Assembly: GCF_018398935.1 (NCBI RefSeq)
Contig: NZ_CP074694.1
Span: 5,730,001 to 5,762,000, forward strand
From: Telmatocola sphagniphila
GTDB lineage: Bacteria; Planctomycetota; Planctomycetia; Gemmatales; Gemmataceae
DNA length: 32,000 bases
Reading direction: 5' to 3'
Position 1 is the first letter of the stretch. Every line of letters starts with the position of its first letter. This document shows, one piece after another, positions 1-8,541 of the stretch. A program made the translations under genes and the position numbers. Under the pieces are notes generated by a model. That model did no database searches. It was not told the origin of the DNA and was given only the letters and a program-made list of their open reading frames with translations.

Positions 1-650
1 TCCGCTGGGAGGATATCCCTCGCGAAATCGGATGCAGCGGCATGACTTGCTGGCGTCGTCTCAGAGACTGGCAGAAACTCTCCTTATGGGATCAATTGCA
101 TCGTTTGATTTTGGCGCAGTTGCGTAAGGCCGAGAAGATCGACCTCTCTTTGGTCGTCGTCGATAGCACGATTTCTCGAACCGTTGGCGGGGGAGAGCAG
201 ACCGGCCCCAACCCTACGGATCGACGTAAACCCGGCACTAAACAGCACTTAATTGTCGATCGCAACGGTATTCCCCTGGAGATACGCGTCACCGGAGCTA
301 ATCGCCACGATGTGAGGGAGATCATTCCTCTGGTCATCAATATACCAGCGATAGGAGGAAAGCCCGGTGCTCCGATTCATAAGCCCAAGGTCGTGCAAGC
401 GGATCGAGCCTACCACGATCAATGGGTGGATGCGTTGCTCTATTGGATGGGCATCATTCCGCGCATCGCTAAGCGAAATACTCCTCACGGCAGCGGCTTG
501 GGGAAAACTCGGTTCGTGGTCGAGCGAACCATATCTTGGATTCGAGGGTTGCGGAGATTGCGAGTGAGGTTCGACCGCCACGATTACATTTACCAAGCCT
601 GGAATTCTCTCGCCATGGCATTTATCTGCTGGAGAACTTTAATCGAATAA
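1..650 (+). CDS. IS5-family DDE transposase, 5'-truncated by the window edge
   Basis: The reading frame is open from base 3 (RWEDIPREIGCSGMTCWRRLRDWQ...), so the ATG at 42 is internal. The motifs WRRLRxW, VVDSTI (first D), ADRAYH (second D) and the C-terminal ERTISWIRGLRRLRVRFDR are typical of IS5-family DDE_Tnp_1 transposases. Stop codon at 648-650. Confidence 0.85.
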   Translation, partial: RWEDIPREIGCSGMTCWRRLRDWQKLSLWDQLHRLILAQLRKAEKIDLSLVVVDSTISRTVGGGEQTGPNPTDRRKPGTKQHLIVDRNGIPLEIRVTGANRHDVREIIPLVINIPAIGGKPGAPIHKPKVVQADRAYHDQWVDALLYWMGIIPRIAKRNTPHGSGLGKTRFVVERTISWIRGLRRLRVRFDRHDYIYQAWNSLAMAFICWRTLIE

Positions 651-690
651 CCCAATTGCAATTTTTTAAAAACAGGGTTTTGTTAGAGGT
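1..690 (+). mobile_element. IS5-family insertion sequence, right-hand part; outer boundary approximate
   Basis: The transposase CDS runs to 650 and composition becomes AT-richer just after it. The terminal inverted repeat cannot be defined because the left end lies outside the window. Confidence 0.5.
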
Positions 691-1522
691 TCTTACGCTT
701 TTGTGTTTGATTTGCCTGGACGCATTAATTTTCATTCAGACATGGATAAAAGTATGGCAGTATTCGCCTCTGCGAAGATTCGTCGACTCGTGGCCTTCAG
801 ACATCACCCTTGAGTCCTATATGGCAGTGAAATTCAAGCCGAAATCGGGCTGCCCTTGTTTCGGAAACAGAATCAACTTTACTACCCCAGAGTCATCGCC
901 CTGGAGAGCAAAAAAGCTTTACGCGCTGGTCTACCTGGAGTGCCTGGTGCATTCCCTGTCCTATCAGATCATCGCGACGAAAGCAGTTTCGCCCGAGAAG
1001 TTGTATTAACGTTAATACAAACTGTAGCGATACTGAACGGATGCAGGGTGCCGATGTGCGATTCCTGGCAAACTCAATCACTGGCATGGCTCGTCGATTT
1101 GAAGCTGGCGCTTGCCGCAGAAGGGAAAAAGCAAAAGGAATTGTTCCCATACTGAATATTCACGTCCATTCTGGTCGGCGGTCTGCCCTCAGTAGAATCC
1201 GGGCTCCAGGGGCCTTTATAGGCAAACCTTTCTACCTGTAGACGACATCCTAAACTAGCTCCTGATTTGACTTCAAGAAACGGACACTGATCTGCTTCCA
1301 TATGGACACTCTCTCGTTCGCAGATGCCATATCCCGCCTTGAACAGCTCCGGCGCAATCGCAAACATTTCCTCTGTTGAAAGATATCCGACTGTTCCTGT
1401 GTAGGCCCGTTTTTTTGGACCAAGATCTTCCCATAGTTAGATATGTGGATCCCGTGGACTTCGTTGGTCTAGAAGTAGTGTGTGTTGGAGTTCTTGACTT
1501 TTAGACGTGAAAGAAGATCGAA

Positions 1523-2590
1523 TTGCCATCCTGTGAGTTAGATTCGACTTCAAAGCCGGTCCTGGTCCCGCAGAAGGGTGGCGAAAGCGTTGCCGTGATA
1601 GGCGCGGGCATTTCGGGTTTGATAGCCGCTCGTACGCTGCAAGACCACGGCTTCGACATCACGGTATTCGAAAAGAGCAGGGGTCCGGGCGGTCGGGCCG
1701 CGACTCGCCGGATTGCCTCGGGGATCACTTTCGATCATGGAGCCCAGTATTTTACCGCCCGCGATCCCCAGCTCATTTCCTATGTCGAGTCCTGGTCAGC
1801 ACGGGGTATTGTTGCCGAGTGGTACGGTCAATTCGTCGAAATCCAGGGCGGGGAAGTTCGAACTAAATCTAACCAGCCGCGACGTTTTGTCGGGGTTCCT
1901 GGCATGGCTTCCGTTGGCCGGGAGCTGGCTTCAAATCTTCGCATTTGCTTGGAGAAGAGGATCCTTCGACTGACCCGCTCCGGCGATAGCTGGGAACTGA
2001 TCGACGCCGCGGGGCACGAACATGGTCCCTTCCACCAAGTCCTCGTGACGTTGCCCGCGCCTCAGTCGGCGGAACTGCTGGGAACCCATCCGTTTGCCGC
2101 AGAGGCTCAATCGATACCCATGACCCCTTGTTGGGCGGTGATGGCCGCTTGGGAACGACGGATCGAGGTCGATTGGGATGGGGCGTTTGTACAGGATTCC
2201 GCGCTAGCCTGGATAGCCCGGAACAGTTCCAAGCCCGGCCGAGGCTCCGAGCCCGATTGCTGGGTACTTCACGCTAGCCCCGAGTGGTCGGCGACCCATT
2301 TGGAGACAACTCCGGACGATGTCGCGGGGGTGCTGCTTCAGGCTTTCGCCCAGGCGGTCGGCGTCCCTTTACCTCCGGCCAGTTTTCTGGCGGCCCACCG
2401 CTGGCGATACAGTTTGGGATCGGACCCGAGCGAAAGAAAGGTTCTCTATGATCGGGAAACAGGCCTTTTGGTCTGTGGCGACTGGCTGGCCGGCGGACGG
2501 ATAGAAGGAGCTTTTCTCTCTGGGCTTCGGGCGGCCGAACTCCTTTGTGAATATTCCGGAAGCTTATCAAAACCAACAAAACTTCCATGA
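1523..2590 (+). CDS. NAD(P)/FAD-dependent oxidoreductase (amine-oxidase / renalase-like, COG3380-type)
   Basis: N-terminal Rossmann dinucleotide motif VAVIGAGISGLIAARTL...VFEKSRGPGGRA at 1589-1660. A C-terminal GDW...GRIEGAFLSG motif is typical of the flavin amine-oxidase fold. The stop overlaps the next start in an ATGA at 2587-2590. Confidence 0.85.
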   Translation: MPSCELDSTSKPVLVPQKGGESVAVIGAGISGLIAARTLQDHGFDITVFEKSRGPGGRAATRRIASGITFDHGAQYFTARDPQLISYVESWSARGIVAEWYGQFVEIQGGEVRTKSNQPRRFVGVPGMASVGRELASNLRICLEKRILRLTRSGDSWELIDAAGHEHGPFHQVLVTLPAPQSAELLGTHPFAAEAQSIPMTPCWAVMAAWERRIEVDWDGAFVQDSALAWIARNSSKPGRGSEPDCWVLHASPEWSATHLETTPDDVAGVLLQAFAQAVGVPLPPASFLAAHRWRYSLGSDPSERKVLYDRETGLLVCGDWLAGGRIEGAFLSGLRAAELLCEYSGSLSKPTKLP

Positions 2591-3903
2591 TCTTACGTCC
2601 TCCCATTCATCGGGCCTCTTTCCTCCAACGATTACAAGGATGCTTCCTGGGAGAGCCTAAACATGGCCCGCTGCCTGGAGGACGGACCGAAGCTCTCCGT
2701 CGGCTCCGAGACTACGATCCGTCCCATTACGGCCAAAGTCGCAACTTTCTCGACGGCTCGGTATCGCGGCTTTCAGCCTACTTGCGACATGGGATGCTTT
2801 CGCCCGTCGAAGTGCGCGAGTTTCTGCAATCGGCCTTTCCGAAGGACCCGGCTCGGCGGGAAGAATTTCTGAGGCAGTTGGCGTGGCGGGACTTCTTCGA
2901 GAAAGTGTTGTCCTGGTATGGCCGTGGGCTCGAAAACGATCTCGAGGAACCGAAGCATAGGGTCACGCGTTACCATCGCATGCCTCTGGATGTGTTGCAA
3001 GGGGAGACTGGATTACCCTGTATCGACGGCATGCTCAGTGAGTTGTTTAGCACAGGTTACCTGCACAATCATGCTCGGCTCTGGTTCGCAGCCTACTTAT
3101 GCCATTTCCGTGGCGTTCGCTGGCAGGAGGGAGCCCAACTGTTCCGTCAACATCTCTACGATGGCGATATCGCGAGCAATTCGTCCAGTTGGCAGTGGGT
3201 CGAAAGCACGTTTTCCTCCAAGCCCTATTTTGCCAACAAAGACAACATTGCCAAGTTCAGCGGAGGCCGCTGGTGCAACGCCTGTCGGGTGAAATGTCCG
3301 TTCGAAGCGGATTATCCCACTCTTCAGCATCGATTGTTTGCCGGTTCTTCGGCTCCGATGGCCAAACCGACTCCGGCAGCGGAATCGAAGCGAGTCGAAC
3401 TTTCGGCGACCGATACCGGACAATGCCTCGGGCCGCTCCCGCCGGCCTCCGATCTGGTGTGGGTACACGACGCGGCCATGTCCTGGGAGGATCCGGCTCT
3501 CAAAGCGAATCCCGAAGCGGCCGTGGCGTTTGTCTTCGACGAGCCGGCATTGCGGGCGGAGCCGTGGGCTTATCATCGACTGGCATTCGTGCTGGAGGGC
3601 TTGGAAGATCTCTTCGAGCATCTGCCGAACCCCACGAAACTGGTGCTCGTCGGCGCTCCCGCCGATCAACTTGCAGTCCTCGCCAACGCACTCGGGGCGT
3701 CTACGGTTCACCTCTCGGAGCATCCGAACCCTACAGTTTTGGAAACCGCGATTCAGTTACAGAAAGGGAGCAAGGTTATCGTGCACTCCCGGCCGGTGTT
3801 TGCAGAGTACTCGCAGGAGCCCAAGCGTTTCTCGCGATACTGGGAACGTGTGGCCCAACAAGTGTTGGGTTATCGGCCGAAATCCGCCAGACGGATGCAC
3901 TAG
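2587..3903 (+). CDS. Cryptochrome/photolyase-family flavoprotein with inverted domain order (FAD/catalytic domain N-terminal, alpha/beta domain C-terminal)
   Basis: The photolyase FAD-domain motifs lie at aa ~30-245: GGRTEALRRL, SRLSAYLRHGMLSP, LAWRDFF, TGLPCIDGML, TGYLHNHARLWFAAYL, DGDIASNSSSWQW, KPYF. A segment at aa ~289-410 resembles the photolyase alpha/beta domain: DLVWVHDAAMSWEDPAL, AVAFVFDEP, RLAFVLEGLEDL, LVLVGAPADQL. Confidence 0.85.
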   Translation: MILRPPIHRASFLQRLQGCFLGEPKHGPLPGGRTEALRRLRDYDPSHYGQSRNFLDGSVSRLSAYLRHGMLSPVEVREFLQSAFPKDPARREEFLRQLAWRDFFEKVLSWYGRGLENDLEEPKHRVTRYHRMPLDVLQGETGLPCIDGMLSELFSTGYLHNHARLWFAAYLCHFRGVRWQEGAQLFRQHLYDGDIASNSSSWQWVESTFSSKPYFANKDNIAKFSGGRWCNACRVKCPFEADYPTLQHRLFAGSSAPMAKPTPAAESKRVELSATDTGQCLGPLPPASDLVWVHDAAMSWEDPALKANPEAAVAFVFDEPALRAEPWAYHRLAFVLEGLEDLFEHLPNPTKLVLVGAPADQLAVLANALGASTVHLSEHPNPTVLETAIQLQKGSKVIVHSRPVFAEYSQEPKRFSRYWERVAQQVLGYRPKSARRMH

Positions 3904-4808
3904 TGAAGCTTTCCGCCGCGATCGGGCGGGCGAATAAGTACGCATCCTAGATGCAATTAACACAAAGCCGGCGATGAAATTCCGGGAGTCATCAATGAGT
4001 TTTGGAACAGTTCCACCGAAGGAAGGAGAATACCGGGGAGGGAGGCTCGGGGAATGCGGACTTAGCGACACCATCTCAGATAGCTTCGTACCGCGTTTGC
4101 ACAAAGCGGATCCAGTACGAACGGTTTGAACCTTTCCGTCTACAACGGCTCAGAGCTTTGTAAATGGTCTTCGGTTACCGATTCGAATGCTTCGGAAATG
4201 CAATTTGGAATTTTTTAGTCATACTTATAACGACGAACATTTAGCGTTACAATCAATTGGTGTCCAGAAACGGGGGCTAGCCGTTACAGCTATCCCGAAA
4301 GTCAGCTTCTAGGAATGTGGGCTTTCATACTCGCAGCATGCCTATAACCTACACGGCGAAGCGTAGACGGCGAGTCCGAAAGCCAGGCGATTGAGCGTCG
4401 AAAGAACTTTCGTGGGAGCCTTTTCTTTTCACATACCAGGGGCCGCGCTACTGTACTGGAAGGGTCTGGTAGGAGCAGTCCTGCCGGCGTGCGATGAGCC
4501 ACTCAGCGACATGTTGCTGGCACGTCGGCTAGCTCCTTGGCCATGAAGTTGACCAAAACGGCTAAGTATCCGGGGTGGATCCCTTCGGTTCGGAAATTCC
4601 TGTTTACACAATTTTTACGCCGCCCCTCTCCATATTGAGCCTTTCTTGAAATCGCAACGATTAGAATTCGATCGAAGATAATTTGAAACCCGCTGCGGCG
4701 GAGGGAGGATCGCATCGTCGGATTTTCTCCCCTCGAGCTTCACAGCGAGGCTACATTCCTTCGACTCTCCAGTCTCCGGGGGTCGGGTCTCGGAAGGCTA
4801 GTGGACTC

Positions 4809-5234
4809 ATGAGAAGAATACTATTCGGATTGTTCGTGATCGGGAGTGGCCTCACGCTCTGCGGCTGTGGCCGATCGGATTCTCTGTATTCAGTCCGCGG
4901 CAAAATCCGCTATCGAGGCGAGCCCGCGGTAGGAGCCCTAATCACTTTTGTTCCCCAAGACACCTTCCGCAGAACACGGGAACCGATGGCTCAAGCTGTC
5001 GTCTCGGAAGACGGAAGTTTCGAACTAGCGGGGCCATCGGGACCGGGAGCTCGGCCCGGAGAGTACGTAGTGCTGGTGGAGTGGAAAGAGGGAGCGGGAA
5101 AAACGCGCGGGCGGAGCCCCGCGTTGAATGCCCCGGACCGCTTGAAAAAGAAGTATCTCAATCCCGATAAGCCCCTACTAAAGGCGACTATCGAGGCCAA
5201 ATCCAACGATTTGCCTCCCTTTGAAATCGAATGA
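4809..5234 (+). CDS. Small lipoprotein with a carboxypeptidase-regulatory-like beta-sandwich, the usual partner of DUF1559 genes
   Basis: I use the internal ATG at 4809 of ORF 4683-5234. It gives MRRILFGLFVIGSGLTLCGCGRS, a signal peptide with an L-C-G-C lipobox. The body (VRGKIRYRGEP...DGSFELAG...GEYVVLVEW) looks like a CarboxypepD_reg-type fold. The 42 codons upstream look non-coding. Confidence 0.7.
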   Translation: MRRILFGLFVIGSGLTLCGCGRSDSLYSVRGKIRYRGEPAVGALITFVPQDTFRRTREPMAQAVVSEDGSFELAGPSGPGARPGEYVVLVEWKEGAGKTRGRSPALNAPDRLKKKYLNPDKPLLKATIEAKSNDLPPFEIE

Positions 5235-5313
5235 TATTCGTCGTTAGTCCGAATTTGCTTTGGCTTTTTAACGCCCAACTCAGAACTCTTCGCCCAATTG
5301 AGGAGGTTTCTTT

Positions 5314-6429
5314 ATGAAGCGTTTGCCAGTTGATCGTTCCCGGGGATTCACGTTGATTGAATTGCTGGTGGTCATTGCCATCATTGCAATTCTGATCGGT
5401 CTGCTTTTGCCGGCGGTGCAGAAGGTTCGAGAAGCCGCTGCCCGCATGAGTTGCCAGAACAATCTGAAGCAGATCGGCTTAGCCATTCACAACTATGAAT
5501 CGAGCTATGGGAAGTTGCCCGCGGCTTATACACTGCTGTCGTCTCCGGATCCTGATCCGAATGCCCAGTTCGCCGGCAAGAGGGTGGGGCTTTCGCTCCA
5601 GGCGAATCTGTTGCCTTACCTGGAGCAGACACCGCTATTTTCCCTCTTAAACCCGAGTGTTGCGGAAGCTAATACGGCGAACATTCCGCCCAATGGTCCC
5701 CACAGCGGCAAGAACACGGCGTATGCCCAGGCCGTGAAGAGCTACCTTTGTCCCTCCAATCCGACGCCGTCGACGCTGGATTATTACAATGCGTTTTGGG
5801 GACCTTATGGAGATGGCGGCGGAGCCACTTGTTTTCCGGGAGGAGGTTCGGGTACGAATTTGAACCCGCCTCCTGGTCAAATCTGGGCCCGGACGGATTA
5901 TTTTCCGATCGCCGGGATTCAGTATCCCTTGATCCAGAATCTGGGGCTCACCAGCACCTATCCTTCTGATACTTCGGCCTCCGGCACACTCAATGATCCG
6001 GGACTGCCAGGGGGTGGGCCCTTCGCTATGACCGCGATCACCGATGGTTTATCCAACACTTTGTTTATGTCCGAATGCGGCGGCAAGCCGGTCGGTTACA
6101 ATCATAGCCGGCAGATTTACAAATCGGAGGTGAATGGATTGTCGGTCGACGGCAGTATTGAACCGGTTAGCAGCGGAGGCGGCGCCTGGGGGGATATGTT
6201 CACCTACTCAGCTATTGCCGGAGCTCAATGCAACAATAGCGGGCTGCGTTTAGGAAGCTGCATGATCAACTACACCAGCAATAATGAGATCTATTCCTGG
6301 CATACCGGCGGAGCGAACGCTCTTTTTGGCGATGGCTCGGTTCATTTCCTGTCCGAGTCTACCGCAGCCGCCGTCATCATTGCACTCGTCACTAGAGCCG
6401 GGGGGGAAACTATTGCGGACAACTATTAA
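5314..6429 (+). CDS. DUF1559 domain protein with a prepilin-type N-terminal cleavage/methylation motif and a C-terminal H-X9-DG motif
   Basis: SRG|[52 protein letters not shown] is the classic planctomycete DUF1559 N-terminus. The C-terminal [18 protein letters not shown] matches H-X9-DG. GAGGAGG lies 8 nt upstream of the ATG. Confidence 0.9.
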   Translation: MKRLPVDRSRGFTLIELLVVIAIIAILIGLLLPAVQKVREAAARMSCQNNLKQIGLAIHNYESSYGKLPAAYTLLSSPDPDPNAQFAGKRVGLSLQANLLPYLEQTPLFSLLNPSVAEANTANIPPNGPHSGKNTAYAQAVKSYLCPSNPTPSTLDYYNAFWGPYGDGGGATCFPGGGSGTNLNPPPGQIWARTDYFPIAGIQYPLIQNLGLTSTYPSDTSASGTLNDPGLPGGGPFAMTAITDGLSNTLFMSECGGKPVGYNHSRQIYKSEVNGLSVDGSIEPVSSGGGAWGDMFTYSAIAGAQCNNSGLRLGSCMINYTSNNEIYSWHTGGANALFGDGSVHFLSESTAAAVIIALVTRAGGETIADNY

Positions 6430-6507
6430 GGCCATGGTTTAAGTGCGGGGAACTCGCTCTCCCCCGCTCGGCGTTCGACTTTAGGCAACCGCTGTTGGGA
6501 ATACTGC

Positions 6508-8541
6508 ATGAAACGTCTTTTGCCGGCCTTCGGCCTGTTGCCGATTTGGGGGTTAGTTGTACTCCTCGACGGTTCTCGACCTCGCCCCGTTCCCCCTTCG
6601 ATCGAAGAACTCGCGAAGGTTCGAATTCCAGAAGATTGGACGATCGCGTTTCCCCCTCGAGATCCGGTCCTCGCCCGTCGGGAGTTGACACCGCTCCTGA
6701 ACAAATATTGCCTCGACTGTCACTCCGGAGAGACCCCGGCCGGCGAAATCTCTCTGGAATCCATGCAGAAAGGAGCGCAGCGCTCCGAGGGCTGGACGAA
6801 AGCGGCAACCGAAGTTCGACTTCGCACGATGCCACCCCCGGATCAACCGCAACCGGATCGTTCGGAACGCGAGACGCTCGGCCGGAATTTTGAAATTCTG
6901 GCGGCGGATAGTTCCCCGCTTTCCGTGAGACGCTTTGCGATCCGACGGCTGAATCGAACCGAATACGCGAATACCATTCGCGATCTTTTTGGTTTGGATT
7001 TTGCCGGGGGATCGAAATTTCCCGCCGACGATGTCGGTTACGATTTCGATAACATTGCCGATCTTCTCACCTTGTCCCCGCTTTTGATCGAACGGTATTG
7101 CGAGGCGGCCGAGGAAATCGTGGACGCGGTTTTCCGATCCGAGACCGCTAAAGAGAAAATACTGAACCCGGCCCCCGACCCCGCGTTTCTCGCCGACAAA
7201 AGACAATTCCAAGCCCCCGTTCGGGAGACGGCGGTCAAGCGATTGGTGTTATCGGCGCACGATCTTCCCCCGCTCGATCCGAAAGAGGTCGAACGGCAGC
7301 GGGCCTACGAAATTTTTCGATCCTTCGGCGACCGAGCCTATCGGCGACCCATTTTGCACTCGGAAATCACGCGCTTACTGGCGTTCGTGGAATCGGCGCA
7401 ACGCCATCACGAGGGTTTCGAGAGTGGGATTCGAATGGGTTTAAAAGCGATGCTCTGTTCGCCGAACTTTCTGTTCCACTTCGATCGAGAAGAATTTCTT
7501 AGGGCCGGGGCGCCGCGCACCGATTTTGCCCTCGCTTCCCGGCTTTCGTACTTTCTTTGGAGCAGTCTGCCCGATGCGGAGTTGTTCGAACTCGCCGCCC
7601 GCGGGGAGTTGCACCAGCCGGATCAATTGACGATTCAGGTCCAACGCATGCTCCGCGACGACAAAGCCCGCGCCTTGGCGACCGATTTCGGTCTGCAGTG
7701 GCTGAGAGTCCGCGGAGTACGAACGCTCCACCCCGATCTCCATCTCTCCCCGGATTTCGATGAAGAGTTACGTCAGGCAATGGTTCAAGAGACGGAACTT
7801 TTTCTCGATGCCCTCTTTCGCCAAGAGGGCCGACTCCTGGATCTGCTGGATTCCGACTATACCTTCGTCAACGAACGCCTGGCCCGCCACTACGGCATTC
7901 CCGGGGTCCGCGGGAGGGAATTTCGCAAGGTCTCCCTCAAGGGGATTCCTCGCGGCGGAATTCTCACCCAAGCAAGCGTGCTGACGGCCACCTCCTCCCC
8001 CGCTCGTTCTTCGCCGGTGCAGCGCGGCCGCTGGATCCTCGAAGTGATTTTGGGAGGTTCACCAGGGTCGCCGCCGCCCGGAGCGGATAGTCTCTCCTCG
8101 AATCTCTCCTCGCAACCCGTTCTAACGGCCCGCCAACGACTCGAGCAGCACCGGCGTAGCCCGCAGTGTGCCTCGTGTCATAAAAAGTTGGATCCCTGGG
8201 GATTGGGGCTGGAAAGTTTCGATGCACTGGGAGCCTGGCGGGACGGCGACGCGACCGGTCTCATCGAGGCCTCGGGACGGGGGCTGCCGGAAGAGTCGTT
8301 CCGCAATCCGGCCGAGTTGAAAGCACGGCTCCAAACGCATGCGGAGAGTTTGATTCATACTTTGACCGAAAAGTTGGCGATTTATGCTCTGGGGCGCGGC
8401 TTGACGGCCTCAGACCGATTGATTCTCCGTGAAATATCCAGCCGCGTTTCGCAACAGGATCCCCGTTTTTCCCGTCTCGTTCAATACCTCGTCCATAGTG
8501 AATTATTTCAAGAGGCGACCCGGCCTGGAGATCAACCATGA
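6508..8541 (+). CDS. Multidomain planctomycete DUF1587/DUF1595/DUF1592/DUF1588/DUF1585-type protein with an N-terminal CxxCH haem motif
   Basis: Signal peptide MKRLLPAFGLLPIWGLVVLL. LNKYCLDCHSGE carries CxxCH at 6709-6723. Conserved blocks LNRTEYANTIRDLFG, FLWSSLPDAEL, DFGLQWL, DYTFVNERLARHYGI, GGILTQASVLT, PVQRGRWILE and CASCHKKLDPWG are typical of the family that pairs with DUF1552. Confidence 0.9.
   Translation: MKRLLPAFGLLPIWGLVVLLDGSRPRPVPPSIEELAKVRIPEDWTIAFPPRDPVLARRELTPLLNKYCLDCHSGETPAGEISLESMQKGAQRSEGWTKAATEVRLRTMPPPDQPQPDRSERETLGRNFEILAADSSPLSVRRFAIRRLNRTEYANTIRDLFGLDFAGGSKFPADDVGYDFDNIADLLTLSPLLIERYCEAAEEIVDAVFRSETAKEKILNPAPDPAFLADKRQFQAPVRETAVKRLVLSAHDLPPLDPKEVERQRAYEIFRSFGDRAYRRPILHSEITRLLAFVESAQRHHEGFESGIRMGLKAMLCSPNFLFHFDREEFLRAGAPRTDFALASRLSYFLWSSLPDAELFELAARGELHQPDQLTIQVQRMLRDDKARALATDFGLQWLRVRGVRTLHPDLHLSPDFDEELRQAMVQETELFLDALFRQEGRLLDLLDSDYTFVNERLARHYGIPGVRGREFRKVSLKGIPRGGILTQASVLTATSSPARSSPVQRGRWILEVILGGSPGSPPPGADSLSSNLSSQPVLTARQRLEQHRRSPQCASCHKKLDPWGLGLESFDALGAWRDGDATGLIEASGRGLPEESFRNPAELKARLQTHAESLIHTLTEKLAIYALGRGLTASDRLILREISSRVSQQDPRFSRLVQYLVHSELFQEATRPGDQP

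Noticed and set aside
1493-1522. The TTGACT hexamer upstream of the oxidoreductase gene as a sigma-70 -35 element
   Set aside because: No acceptable -10 hexamer lies 16-18 nt downstream, and planctomycete promoter consensus is poorly defined. I do not report it as a feature.
3097-3950. Long ORFs inside the photolyase gene: 3097-3723 on the minus strand (208 aa), and 3099-3950 (283 aa) and 3338-3937 (199 aa) on the plus strand in other frames
   Set aside because: They are Arg/Gly/Ser/Pro-rich, low-complexity translations of the kind found as shadow ORFs in GC-rich coding DNA. The photolyase frame carries strong family motifs.
4260-4620. A possible RNase P RNA, tmRNA, SRP RNA or tRNA in the long intergenic region
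   Set aside because: One stretch (CTGGAAGGGTCTGGTAGGAGCAG) loosely resembles the RNase P GGTGAAAGGGTGCGGTAAGAGC block. However, the near-invariant GAGGAAAGTCCGGGC and ACAGAAnCCGGCTTA motifs are absent. So are a tmRNA TTCGAC/T-arm/acceptor pairing, the SRP GGAA tetraloop context and any tRNA cloverleaf.
5314-6429. The prepilin-type N-terminus might indicate a type II secretion or type IV pilus locus
   Set aside because: No secretin, ATPase, platform protein or prepilin peptidase gene is adjacent. The protein has the H-X9-DG tail of the massively expanded planctomycete DUF1559 family, so I treat it as an ordinary family member.
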